DNA of 57,419 nt, the filler included, from Thelocarpon superellum (Eukaryota): NCBI GenBank assembly GCA_026025795.1. It is 2 parts of 2 records of this genome, joined end to end, with 100 filler letters (N's around TTAATTAATTAA, not from the genome) between each part and the next. Parts side by side here need not be neighbours in the genome. Positions count along the whole stretch, not along the records: positions 1 to 28,728 come from JAPEUG010000233.1; positions 28,829 to 57,419 come from JAPEUG010000234.1. One strand, given 5' to 3'. The notes beneath the pieces were generated by a model. The model was not told the origin of the DNA, ran no database searches, and saw only the letters and a list, made by a program, of their open reading frames with translations. The position numbers were made by a program, and so were the translations under genes. Shown here in pieces: positions 25,585-38,832 of the stretch; the stretch's first letter is position 1, and each line of letters starts with the position of its first letter.

Positions 25585-27560
25585 TCAGCGAACTCCGCCA
25601 TGTTGATCCCATCCATCGCGCTCGAGCTGTTCGACCTTATCTAGCACGTTCCCTTCCATCTCTGCGGCGTACGCCTCCACCCGTTGCCGGATCCGGACAT
25701 CCGATGTGCCCAAAATGCGGCCGGCCAAGAGCGCCGCATTGACCGAGTTGTTGATGCTCACTGTCGCCACGGGGACACCGCGCTGCGTGGCGCCAGGTTA
25801 GCCGGTCCCTGTTCTGGCCAGAGCATGCTCGGCCACGAGGTACTTACCGGCATCTGCACGATGCTTAGCAGGCTATCTAGTCCGTCGAGGCTGCTGGCCT
25901 TGACCGGAATGCCGATGACGGGTAGGGGCGTACTGGCCGCAATCATGCCGGGGAGATGCGCCGCGCCCCCGGCTGCTGCAATGATGACCTTGATGCCGCG
26001 CGACGCGGCCTCGCGCGCGAAGCGATACATCCGTTCCGGCGTCCGGTGCGCGGACGTGATGGTCACCTCGAATGGGATTCCGAGCACGTACAGGAGCGCT
26101 ATTCCAGGTTGCAGGACGGGGAGATCCGAGTCTGATCCCATCGTCACCGCCACCACGGCCGCCCCTTTTGATGGCTTCTCCACGTGATCGCTTCGACCGC
26201 GTACTTGCCCGGTCGCGGGCGCGCCATCCATGTCTTCAGCGGCAAGGAGTGGGGCCATGTATCCCTCGGCCGTCGCCATGGTCTCGGCCACGATGGTGAT
26301 GTGGCCCATCTTGCGGCCTGGCCGTGCGGCCCCCTTTCCGTAGAGGTGCACGCTCGCGCCTGCTGTGGCCAGAGCACGACGGCAGATGGAAAGATGGGTG
26401 TCAGGCTTGTCTCCGCCGAGCATGTTTAGCATAATTGCGTGCGTGTCTGGGGTCATCATCTGCGTCCCGGCCGACGAACCCCCCATCCCTGCCGTCTCGT
26501 GTGCCGCAGCCGGGGGAAATGGGAGCCCAAGGATAGCCCGCAGATGGGCATCGTACTGCGACACGGCACAGGCTTCAATGGTGTAATGCCCCGAGTTGTG
26601 CGGCCGGGGTGCAATCTCGTTGACCAACAGCGTATCTGACATGATCTCGTTAGCCGCACGAATCCACGTGGCGCTTCCCTGTCCTGCTGTGTTCGTGAGC
26701 TCACCGTCGTCCAGCAGAAACATCTCGACCCCGAAGACGCCGCAGCCCGAGAAGCCGGCGACGGCTCGGCGAGCGAGTCGCTGCGCATGTGAGGCCACCC
26801 GTGCGCTGAGCCCGCGGGCGGGGGCGTACACGAGCTTGCAGATGCTCCGCTCGTGAATCGTCTCCGCCGTCGGATAGGCGAGCGTTGACTCCTTCCAGGT
26901 GTCGGTGTGGGCCTCTGCCGCCGTGTCTTGGATCTTGACCACCATGACGGCCAGCTCAGCCTGGAAGTGTGCCCACCGCTCCACATACAGCGGCCGGGCT
27001 CCGAGCGCCTTCAATGCACGGGGCAGGTCATCCATTTGCTTTATAGGGTAATTGCCCCGGCCGTCGTAGGCCTGCGTTCGCGACTTCAGCATGCATGGAA
27101 GGCCAGACTGCTGCACGACCTGTGCGAGCACGTCCAGATCGTTGGATGGAAGCGGCCATGACTCGGCCGTCTGGATGTCTCGGGACTGGAGATGTTCCTT
27201 CTGACGGTATTTGTCCTGGATAACGCGTAGCGTGCGCCAGCTCGGCTGCACCACAACCCGACGCCGCGGGGCTTGGCCTTGCTCGGCCACCTCCACCCCC
27301 TGCTCGGCGATCTCCTCAAGCACCTGAGTATTGACATGCTCGATCTCCACCGTCAACAAGTCACATCGAGCCGCCAAGGCGCGGATGCTCGTGGGATCAG
27401 TGAAGGAGCCAGTCACATGCCCGTGGGGTCCGTTGATTTGCTTGGCGGGGGCATGTTCACCATCGAGCACCAGCACGTTGATGTTCAATCGGTGGGCCGC
27501 CTCGAGCAGCATCCGGCCCAGCTGCCCCCCGCCTAAGATTCCCACCGTGCGAGGGTCCAT
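25585..27560 (-). CDS. ADE2: Phosphoribosylaminoimidazole carboxylase (PurK+PurE fusion), two introns
   Basis: [21 protein letters not shown]-grasp motifs [29 protein letters not shown]; PurE motifs [49 protein letters not shown]. Confidence 0.97.
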
Positions 27561-28152
27561 GTTGTGAGACGTGAGATTTGAGAGGTGAAAGGTGGAAGGC
27601 GAAAGGCGACAGGCGAAAGACAAGAGAGGCAGTAGTGAGAGGTACGGAAGCTTTCTCTGCCCGCATGTTTCATCGCCCTTGCATTTCCTTCGAAAGTGGA
27701 ATAGCATGAGCCATAGCTTTCCAATTTTGGGAGCAACTTCTGAGCCACAGGCCGCACGGACCACCTGGTGAGATCATGTGACCCGCAGTGGCACCGAGGC
27801 GTGATGGTAGCTGATCAGAATGTATCAGTAGCTACTGCGGTTACCATCAGATCTTGCTTTGAGCTTCCGGTGGATGGAAATGTGCCTTATGGCCTCGGCG
27901 GGGGTGGTAGGGAAGGGCTGCAAGCACTTCGTACCTCTTGTACGTCGTCTTTCAGTCAGAATTCTAAGAACCGAGAGGCTTTTCCTTGGCTCCAATCTTG
28001 CTTTTACACTGTCTTCCTCATCACCGTCGTGCCGCGACAACCAAGCCATAGGACCGTCAAGTCATCAGTCTTAGCGGTAACGACATCATCATCTCAAGCA
28101 CCGGTCCCCCACAAGTCTACCATCCGACGGCTATTCCACCGACGAGACCACG

Positions 28153-28440
28153 ATGTGCAAGCAAGGAACGTGCGATACTTGCCGTACGTATAACGTTCTC
28201 TATCTTTACGCCCCACTATTCTCCTCTCCCCCGCGCGATTGCCACGCCATAGCTTTGGCCGACGATCCGTCGCTAAAGTGATATATTCGTCATGGCATAG
28301 ACAAGAAATCATGGTGGGGATGCGGCTCGCATGTCCCAATGGTGATGGACAAGATCCCTACCGCCGAACGGTGCACGTGTGAGCCAAAGGTGGAGAAGAA
28401 TGGGACATCGTATCCGCCCATGGCGTCCAAGGCCGATTGA
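28153..28440 (+). CDS. 56-aa Cys/His-rich micro-protein (CxxxxCxxC...WWGCGxH...CxC); exons 28153-28183, 28301-28440
   Basis: GTACGT...CTAAA...TAG intron gives MCKQGTCDTCHKKSWWGCGSHVPMVMDKIPTAERCTCEPKVEKNGTSYPPMASKAD*; the pattern resembles small conserved hypothetical proteins. Confidence 0.85.
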
Positions 28441-28728
28441 CTTCCTGCCTGGTTTTGTCGGCTGGTGGCACCGACATGACCGACAGCACCCTGCTACAAC
28501 GCGACCGGAATGGTAGGATGTGATGCGCGGGAGCGGTGGGGCTGATGTAGTTTATCGCACGCGTGAGCTGAGAGCGGAGATGTATAGTTCTATCGATCTA
28601 CCATGAGACGACCAGGCGGCCACCTGAAAGAGAAAACCAGCCAGACCCACGTGACGCGTCCACACCGTGACCTAAGAAGCTGCTTTGTCGATGAACCCCG
28701 CCGACACGCTGTCCATCGGCCAAAGCAT

Positions 28729-28828
28729 NNNNNNNNNNNNNNNNNNNNNNNNNNNNNNNNNNNNNNNNNNNNTTAATTAATTAANNNNNNNNNNNNNNNN
28801 NNNNNNNNNNNNNNNNNNNNNNNNNNNN
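28729..28828. other. Artificial assembly spacer: N44-TTAATTAATTAA-N44
   Basis: Exactly 100 nt, symmetric, with a six-frame stop linker at 28773-28784. Confidence 0.97.
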
Positions 28829-29673
28829 TGCCATGGATTGAATCAGGTTGGATCCGCAAAGCGTACAGCACGGCACGGCACGGAACCTCCCTCATCGCCA
28901 TCCAGATAACGCCGCTCCCAAAGCCATCGTGGATGGGGGATGCTCACCCGCATATTGACGCAGATGCCCTGGCCCAGGCCCAGGCCCTGGCCCACTACAT
29001 CATGCGAGCCGCGCATCTTCTCTTCTTTCGGGCGGGAAGAAAGGAGGGAGGGAGGAATGAAGGAAGGAGGAGTGTGGGGGGGAGGGGGGAAAGGCAGGAA
29101 GGGGTTTGATCGCCGCGGGGTTGAGTTTGGGGTCGATCTGCATGCGGTCGTTCGTTACGGTCGTCATCGTCCCTTGATTTGGTATCTCATTGCTCATTGC
29201 TCATTTCTTTCTTTCCAGTCGCTGCTGCATCCATCTGCCGGGGCCGGGGGCCGCCGGGGGGACCGCCGCAGGGATCGCGGACGGACGCTATGGGATGGTG
29301 GGTAGCGTGGCAGACGTCTGACACGTGTACATCCGCGTCTCTTATCGAACTACGGCTACGTTGGGCTTTTGCGCCATCTCGTTACTCGAGAGTCTGCATG
29401 GTGCAGGCTTGCGCCGATCGCTGGCTGTTAGGTGTTGGGAAATGGATGGTGGAGTGAGGGCCGGGGATGGCAAAGAAAGGGGTGCTGGGGGGCCAGGATG
29501 CGGGAGGAGCGACAGCGATCGCATACCAACTCCCGGCGGGCTAGTCACATTAGTGGAGGCGGACGACAACGTGGGTGGGGTGTCGTTAGTCACGGTCGTC
29601 GGCGATTCTATCTTGGAGGCAGAAATCCTACGGGCCGCACAGGGTGGGCCGGCAACGTCATGGCTTCATTGAC

Positions 29674-29708
29674 GGCACTCGTGGCACTCGTGGCACTCGT
29701 GGCACTCG
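29674..29708. repeat. 9-bp tandem repeat (GGCACTCGT) x~4
   Basis: Read directly. Confidence 0.9.
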
Positions 29709-32700
29709 CCTCTTGAAGAGATCTGGACGCCGACCTCGGACAAATGTACGTAATTGAAGCAGGGACATGCGTCGCTGGGCGGACCGCTCGCCAATGATAT
29801 GCCGGCATGACGCCAGAGGTGTGTGGCAGATGGTGGCTGCGCTCGGAACAGGGAAGGAGGGCCTGGGAAGACGGGATCCAACAACGCACGGGATCACCGC
29901 CGTGGTGGAGGTGGAGGAGGAGGAAGAGGAGGATGGGAAGGAGGACTCGGCCACATGGCATCAAGGGAAGCCCAAAGGGATCGTCGGAGGGTGGGGCGGA
30001 GCGCTCGCAGCATGTCGTATCGGAGGACCAGCATGTCATCGGTCGCGCGACCGGGATGCCCCTCTCGTTCGACGGAGGGAAGAGAGGAAAGTCATGTTAA
30101 GATGATACACCATCACAATCAAGTGATCCTATCCTCCGCATCGATGTGTGAGGGGGCAGCCTTCAATTGAGTTTACGACCGCCGCTGTTCAGGCAGATCG
30201 AGGCCGCCAGCCGTAGCGTCATCCTCTAAAAGCCACGCGGTCGTTCAAGGTCCGGGCGGTTGGACAAAGCCGGTGATTGGAGTACGATCGGTCGAGGCTT
30301 GGCGACTGGGGGGAGGAAGGGGACATGGTCATCAAAGTATTTGTACGGTACACACCCGGCGCAATTGTACCTCGTGTGAAGGTATTGATTGGATATGAGT
30401 TGCAGGACGTGGAAATTCTATTTATCCTGTGCAGGTTGCAGGAAGCTTGCGTTTACACGCCTGTCTACGAGTATGGTGCGGAGGACATGTCTGCCACTGG
30501 CCTGGTCGGCTGTATGGCTTTTGCACGCTCCAGAACTCTCCGACCAGAACAGACGCCTCGCCACACTTGGGACGGGGGAAGGTAACCTTGCCATGCAGCA
30601 GCTTTGGGGGAAAAGACGCTACTGCATGGCGTTGACCAAGTGGAGCATTGACTTTTCGCGAGGTCGCCAAAGGTCCAAGTAGCCGGTCACACATCTTGCG
30701 TGCATAACTCTACGGTTAGCACGAATGCAACGTCGAGCAGATGCCTTCAGCGATCCCTGCGTCGACGAGGTCCAGGGATGGGAGAGGGCGCCGCTTGCGG
30801 CGGGCACGTGACGAACAACGGACGCGGTGCCGCTTTACCGGACCGCTACTCGGGTCACATTTCTCCAGAGCTGGTGAGACGGGGTCTCAGAAGCACTTGC
30901 GACTTGCGACTTACGACTTGCAGATACATGAGTCTGGGTCCCCCGTGCCCAGGGTCTATGAACAGCATTCAGCTGGATGTATGTCCGACGCGCACGTCCC
31001 TCAATCGGATGATGTAGGTGGCTGGGTGGCTGGGATGTCGGGATATTGCCCCACCGAGGTCAAGGGACTTCGCTGGAACGCCAGAAGCAGAGCTCATCAC
31101 CCTTCCCCCCAAGGATGTGCTTGATGCGTCTTGGCACGACGGGAAATCAATTGATTCTTTTCGGATGCGCATGCGCATGCGGCAGGAGTCAAGGTCTTGC
31201 GACGCGGACGTGGACGTGGATTCGGATGTGGCCGGGGAAACCGTATGTTATCTGCCTTTGTATCCATTTCCGACGTCTCTACCTAGCTACCATACCTAGC
31301 CGGTGTCCTGCGTGCCAACTCTTACAGCAACATTGCCGACCGGGTGGCTGCCGAACGGGCGAATGAGGTGGGCCAGCCGGGTGGAGGAGGTAAACGCAGC
31401 GATCGGAACGCGTTGTGTCACGCACCGGTCACGATTGCCGATGGCAGCCGGTCAAATTATTGACTGCCATCGTGGCGACTCAAGATTGGAAAGGCCCTTC
31501 GTTCGATCCACTCCAACTGACCCTCGCTCTTCATCTTACTCTGACTGCGCTTTCGATGCCTGGCTGCGTTATCACGCTACCCATCCTGAGCAGTCGTCAT
31601 GTTCGCCTTCTCTTCCTTGTCTTCAAGAAATTTTCGGCCACGGAGCGGCCCTTTTTCAGCCTGCTCCGCCGAGCCACATGATGGTGCCCAATGACTGGCG
31701 GTTCCAGTTCATGAGACGGCGATCGCTGATTGGTTGCGATGCGAGGGGATGATGTGGGCTTTTCAGATCCTGCTCACCCTGCTGCTGCTGCTGTCGGAGA
31801 AAAGGGAGCGTCAGTTGACCCTCTCGCCACCAGGCAATGCTGCGAGGGTTGGGTGGGAAGGGGGGTGGGTAGGGAAGAAAGGAAAGTGGCCAATGCGTTC
31901 GGGGTGTCGGCTGAGGCCTGACGCCACTTCCGATTTGCCGTGACGCGGTGAAAGACTCACCGCTCCGACCCCGCTCCGTCAGAGCTCCCTTTTGCCAGAT
32001 CTACTTCGCGTAACCCTGAAACTTTTGACTTTGGCGTGTGCCGCAATTGGTCACCAGTCCGGAGAGAACCAATGAGAACGTGCATGCCATCATATCATCA
32101 AAGAGCGAGGACAAGGGTCAGGCTGCCGGTGTGGGTGAGGAAGATGCAGTCGCCGACCGTGTCGTTCATTCAGAGTCGCGTCGATGTGAGCGCCTGGCAC
32201 CACGATTGAGAGAGTGGAATGTATGTACCAAGGTTACTTTGAGTGTGTCGTGCGGATGCAAGTTGCATCCTCATCCAACCGGTCCTTCTGGGCGTACAGA
32301 ACTGCCTGCGAGACAGAGGCGCGCGAGGGCGGGCCATACCCACACCTCATCTCTCGGGGAATTCGTGCTGCCCTTGCCACATTATTCGCCTCTCTCCTGT
32401 GCATGGCTGCCCGCAGTTTGATCCATTCAAACCCATGCCACCTGCCTTAGACCGAGTGGAGATTATGTAATCGATACGGGCCCTGGACACACACCCTGAC
32501 CGCACCCTACACGTCTGGTACACACACACACGCCCGCAGTCCCTCGTGGGCCCTTCACTCAGTGCCTTGCACCAAGCCAGCCAACGCCCACAAGATTACT
32601 TCACTCTGCCAATGCCCAGCCGTAAGCCCTGTAGACCAACGGCAACAGTCGTCTCGCCGCGCCTTCCTCTATTAATCCCTAGCAGCATCGCGGCACCTGT

Positions 32701-35161
32701 TGACCTTTCCTGCTGCTACCCTCCTCGTACAAGTACACGTTCGGCGGCCAGAACGACGACCCGCTACTCCTTCCCACTACTTCCGCTACTACAACTTGCC
32801 GCCGCCAGCGTCGCTTGCCCCCGTCGCCGGGTCGCTCGTTCGCCTGTCTCTGGGCCGGCCGATCGACCTACCAACCGAAGCGGTCGTGTCTACTTGAACC
32901 ATAGGAGCGGCGGTGCAAGCGTCAGGACCAGGACCATTTCCAGTACGAGTACGTCGTACCTGGACCGGTGCGCTCCTTTCCCACTCCCATCACGACGGAT
33001 TTAGAAGAACGCGTTGTGTGTAACGCCCTCCACGGGGCACCCTCGGTTTAGCCTCAGCCGCTCCGTCCCCCCCCCAAACGAGCGGAGGCTCTCACGCATC
33101 CGGACAGTGGTGAAGCCTTAGTTCGTCCCGGCAGCGCACCCTCCCCAGTGACCAAAGCCCTGCAAGCAGCACGGTCGAGCGGCCATCGTCATTTCACCCC
33201 CCTTCGCTCCAGCACAGTCGACGCGCTAGACGTTTCAAACGTCTTGGGCTCGCCTGTCGTGTCGTCACTCCGCCTCCGCGCACACGTGAGGATCCGCAGT
33301 GAAGGCGCGGCCGCAGGATCGTCATCCCATCTTCCCACGCCTCCGCCTTTTCCTCCCAACCCACCGTCCCGTGGCATCCGTGCACGCGATCGCCACCACG
33401 TCGACGGGCACTAAGGGCATCGACCTGCTCGGCCCTGCACGAGAGCGAACGAACGCCCTTAGCCTCGCCAATACTGCGACTGCCCTTCTCAGGCTCGCTG
33501 TCCCCCAGGTTGATGACTTGCTCGCCGCTGCTTTGGGCATAGAGCACAAGTAGATTGTGCGCAATTTAGCCTACGCCAGAAGCAGTAGGACACGCCCTGC
33601 CGCCACCTTCCCCAAAACATCCACCCCACCGCCCCCATTGCGATTGTCGTTTGGGGCTCGTCGTTGCGGCTGCGCGGGTCTGGACGTCGCTGCGCTCGGG
33701 CGGCATCGTGCTCACGCCCCGGCGATCTGCCAGGACTCGTGTGCGCGTTCGGCTCCTTTTCGGGAGGAAGGCTGGAGGAGGCCGATCAGCACGACGAACA
33801 CGAACACGAGCCCGAGCACCAGCACGGACGAGTGCGATCTCGACGGCGACCGCGACACAATAACGTCGGCCTAACGATTCTTCCTGACGCAAGCATCGAG
33901 ACCCAGCAACCGGAGGCGGCCCCCCAGTCCGTCGTCGCTGTGGGGCACTTCGACCCTTTCCCGGACCGGACTGGCCTGGGTTGGACTGGATCGGCCCAAA
34001 TACGACGAGTACGGGATTCGCTGCTGGAGCTGGACGGCCCTAGGAGACCTTACGCCGACGGCACACCCACGCGTTTTCAGCGGGTGCCGAAGACAGGCGC
34101 AGCAACACCACCGCCCAGAACCAGCGCGCAGTCTCCAGAGCGAACTCGGCCCCAACGAACCGCGGCCGACCTTTTTCCTCCCTCTCGCTGCCAAATCGCC
34201 GCCGCCCACGACGGATTTTAGGTTTGCGACAGCAAATCATCTTGCCCAACGAGCGAGCGCATCCGCTCAGCTCGACGCAGGCTCGCCCGGGCGCCCCAGC
34301 CTGCTCGTGGACCTCCGGCCGCCTTACGAGAGACTACTTTACTCATCCGGGCGCCCTTAAACCAACTTAACCCACCCCCCCTGCTCCTCGACTATCTCTC
34401 TTCTCTCTAACCACCCACCACACCAACCTCTCCGCTCTCCGCTAGCGGTCTTGCTGTCGCCCGCTTCGTAGGCAAGAGAAGGGGACGAGCGCGTGCACCA
34501 AGGCTCTAGATCGCCTCCCCCGCCACCCACCATCGTACCGCGACCGTGGGACCTGCGTGGCCTGGTTTCGGCCGGCGTCGACTTTCTCCAACCCACTACG
34601 GAGCTCATTTCTCCGCTCTCGCCGCCACGAACAGCTCTTGGGCTAGCAGCACCTGGCCCCGACCTCGCGCATTCGACTTGTCGGCTTTCGCATTCGCGCC
34701 TGGGGAACCTGGTGCTGGACGATCGCATCGCACCTGCATCACCCGCCGCCGCCGCATCGCCCTAAAGTAGTCCGGTCCGCCGCTGGAGCAGCGCGCAGCA
34801 GCATCGTCGTCGCCGTCGTGCAACCTACCTGTGGCCCTGGAGCACCAGCACGTCGACCGCCTCGTCGCCGTGTTGTTCTAGCATCCCTCTCGTCGAACGC
34901 TTCGTGCCTCTTGCTCTGTCGCGTGTTGAGCCCGGAGGAAGCGTGTGCGCCGACCCGAGCGCCAACGTTCGTCCACTCACCGGGACCCGAGTCCGCCGCC
35001 AGGCCCGTCACGTTGTGGGGATTGTCCATCGCCCGTCGTTCGTCGTCCGTTGTCCGTCGTCCGTTACCGCCCATCTGTGACCCGAGCGTGCGCTGTCGAC
35101 CGACGACACCACCTTCTCGCCCGCCTCCCCGTCACTCCTCGACGAGCGCGCCCGCTGGCCT

Positions 35162-36701
35162 ATGGACAGAGGTGCTGCCGAATACTCGCAGTCAGGTTTG
35201 CCGGCGCCATACCCTGCCTACACCGATCCTCCGTCTGAGGCGCCTTCTGCAGATCCCGCATCTGCTGCGCAGTACACTCCCGCGCAAGAGGTTCGCGGCG
35301 CCGCCACCTTCTCGGCTTCAGGTACGCCCACGTCGGAGTACGGGCTGCCTCCCTCGTCAGCGCGGTCGGGCAACTTTCCGGAATACCTGAGTCGTCCGCC
35401 GTACCAGGACACGCCCTCGCGCTACCAACCGTCGAGCAACAACAGCGGCAGCAGCGGAGGTATGGCTCAAGCGTCAAGTCCGTCCTTGCCCTTGACAGAT
35501 GGGCATCCAAATAGCCATCCCAGCGCGCACCACATCAAGTCTGACCCGGAGGTTCCTCTAGATCCCTCGATCGCGGCCTCCAGCCCCACCTATCCACCGC
35601 CGGGCCAGTACTCGCCCTATCCGCCGCAGCACGACATGGCCCAGGCCTATCCAGGACACGCCGGGGCCGGGAACATGTACGGGCGACCGGAGTGGGGCCA
35701 GTACGGCCAGCCTCACCCGCACGGCGTCCCGCCCTACGGCACGCACTCGCCCTCGACCACCGTCTCGTCGGCCTCGTCGGCGGCGACGGCGGGCGCGCGA
35801 CCCGGACAGGTTGGTTTCCACGACGTGACGCCTCAGCGATATTCTCACATGCAGCAGCAGTCGCATCCGCTCTCGCAAGTCTACTCCTTCGTCCCCATCC
35901 CCGGCGCGCAGCAGCATAAGCGACCGCGCCGTCGGTACGAGGAGATTGAGCGCATGTACAAATGCGGCTGGAATGGGTGTGAGAAGGCGTATGGCACGCT
36001 GAACCACCTCAACGCGCACGTCACGATGCAATCGCACGGGCAGAAACGCACCCCGGAAGGTACGCATGCTTCCTTTTTTTCCCTCGTCGTCTCTCCCAGG
36101 TCCGTGGTCGCGGCGCGGCGCGGCGCGTGGCCCCACGCTAGCGCACGTGCGCCCGGGCCCGAACCCCCGGGCTAGCGCGTCCACGGCGCGCGAGCTCTCC
36201 CTCTTGACGACGATGCTCCGACCAGCCGCGCGGATGATGAAGGATGCGCTGACGCATGAGGGGGACGCACAGAATTCAAGGAGATCCGCAAGGAGTGGAA
36301 AGCGCGAAAGAAAGAGGAGGATAACCAGCGCAAGGCCGATGAGGAACGGCAACGGGTGGCGTCGCAGGCCAGCGCCGTGGAGCCGCCGATCCCGGCGGAC
36401 CCATCGCAGGCGTCGTCGGCCGCCGCCTACCCGCCCGGGGTACGTCCTCAACTTCCGCCGATCGCGTACACGCCCGGGCAGCCGGGTCCGGTGCCCGGGC
36501 ATTATCCGGCGCAAGCCAACGGCATTGAGCAGATGCAGCAGTACGGGAGCAACCCGTTGTACTCCAACTACCCGCAATCACCATATGGGCAGGGCAATCA
36601 GATGTACCAACAACGTCAAGCACCCCTACTCCCGCCGGGGAAGGACCGAGACTGATGCTAAAGCAGATCCTGATGTGCCCCCTGGCAACTACCAACAGTA
36701 G
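35162..36701 (+). CDS. CON7: Con7-type C2H2 zinc-finger transcription factor; introns ~35810-35860, 36060-36272, 36615-36665
   Basis: MDRGAAEYSQSG start and the highly conserved VYSFVPIPGAQQHKRPRRRYEEIERMYKCGWNGCEKAYGTLNHLNAHVTMQSHGQKRTPE/EFKEIRKEWKARKKEE. Confidence 0.92.
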
Positions 36702-38766
36702 GCCACCCGCCCGTCCGTCGCTCGTCGACATGGCCTCGCCGCAAGGGCCCCGCCCGCCGCCCACCGTCACCCCTCGTCTTCATCGGCCACTCCTCTTCTC
36801 CCTCCCTCCCTCGCCTCGTTCTATCTCGCGCCAACTAGTACCGTCCGTCCGTGCGTCCGTGGTATGCCGGTAGTGTGGGAGGGTGTGATCTGATCATGTC
36901 CGTTTGATACATTTGCATGCGTCTGATTGCTCTGGTTTGGGGTGGTCTTCTGAGTTGATCCCGTTCATGGGCGGAAAGCGATTGCGGCACGACTCTCTTA
37001 CCCGACCACGCAGGGCTTCACCACGCGACGCTGACGACTTAATCTCGGTCTCACGGACGTAGACGACTCGTACACGGGCTCGCTTTGGTGGCCTGTGTGG
37101 CTGGGTTGGGGGTTGGCCGTGCAGCGTGTACGTCTGCATCTGCGTCTGCGTCTGCCCTTCGTCCTGTGTTCACCCATTCACGTTGCATTCGGTCTCAGGC
37201 ACTGCGCACACTCTCACATACTCTCATGCTCACGCATACACATGGGGTCTACTTCTCTTGAGTGGTTGATGTTGAACTTTGATCTCGCGCTCGCGCACCC
37301 AAACCCTCTCCCCCGCCCCTGTTTCTGCCCGTCGGCATTCCTCCCTTGATCTGTGGTCGAGCGATCGATTCTCACTCCAAAAGCCCTGCTGTACCACCAC
37401 CACCACCCAAACTCCATTCGCTTTTTGTTCTTCGTGGGAGGGGGCGCTTCAGCAATAAGATTGACGTGGCGATAATATCCATTTGATTGGAAAGCCCGTG
37501 ATAAAGTCGTATGAGTATGAGTCATTGTGTGTGAGACCCGGCATGGGGTAGATGGTCCGCTACTGGCAGTAACACCACAATGGTGGGGTCACGGGTGGCG
37601 TCGGAAATCCAGCCCCTGTCTTGTCGGGGAAGGTGGGGCACTCACAGTTAGCTTCCTCCTGGTCTGGTGGTTACATGCGTTTCGGCAGGGTGCAGTAGTA
37701 CCACCATCCTGCGTGACGGGTGAAACATGAAAGATGCATGTCAAGCGGGAACACCGAGGACCCCTGCTGCCGATCATGTAGCCAGCGGAGGCAAGAGCGG
37801 GTGAACCAGCTATTATAGGGATGCGATGGAGCAACCTAGGTGGCCGAGGGAGATACTGATCCCGATGGTGGGGTGTGGGACGGAGTAGCGTCCTGCTGTC
37901 ATCCTCCATCCGTGTACGGTGGTGCTTCTTCAGGCGCCTTGCTGTCCAAGCACGAGGAGTCCTCCACTCCATCCCTTGACGATGGACGAAGGGCTTATGC
38001 GTGGGTCTCCCTACTTCACGAGGGTAGCAGGGTACGACGAAGGATGGATGGATGGATGCAGCTGATGTCGTAGCGTGCACAGGGCACACGGCACACGGTA
38101 CAGCAGAGCAGCAGGGAACACACTTACTCCTGTATCGCACAGGGAATTTGCTGGACTTTTCCCGCAGTACCGTCTCACGACTGTCAGACGGCGCGTAGTT
38201 GCGGTCGTTTAGAAAGCTCGCAGGACGTGTGTACGGGAAGCATGGGGTTCAAATGCGAGTACTGGAATGATATACATGCTGTCTGCTGCATACTGCCTGT
38301 CCTGTATCTTTCACCGGCTAAATTCGAGTGAATCCTTCGATTCTCCTGTCCCGGTCTCCCTCTCTCTCACCACAGGAGATCGGATTGAACACGGCGGGAG
38401 CAGGAGAGGCAGGTCTACCATCTATCATGCCTACCGTGGACCTCACTTGGCCGGACCATGGATCATCACGGTCTTCTCCACTGTGTACCGTCCTGTACTG
38501 TATGACTCAAGTAGCACCGCCTCCTGCACGTAGTTGCCGAAGTAGAAGCATGGACGCGAACGAACCAAGCCATGGTGAGGGGTTGTACGACCCACTAGTC
38601 ACGGTAGTTGGCAGTAGTGGGACCCACGAACCACTCCGCTGGGAGCTTGATGGGAGGAAGGGATGGACGGATGGCTGGCATGGGCTATCGGGCAATGGGA
38701 TAGTACGAGCAGTTAGGCTAGGCCGACGTGGCTTTGGCAATGGCCTGTGGCGTGGGCCGTTGGCGT

Positions 38767-38832
38767 AGCCGTTGGTGCAGCCGCTGGTGCAGCCGCTGGT
38801 GCAGTCGCTGGTGCAGTCGCTGGTGTAGCCGC
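38767..38832. repeat. Imperfect 12-bp tandem repeat (GCTGGTGCAGCC) x~5
   Basis: Read directly. Confidence 0.85.
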
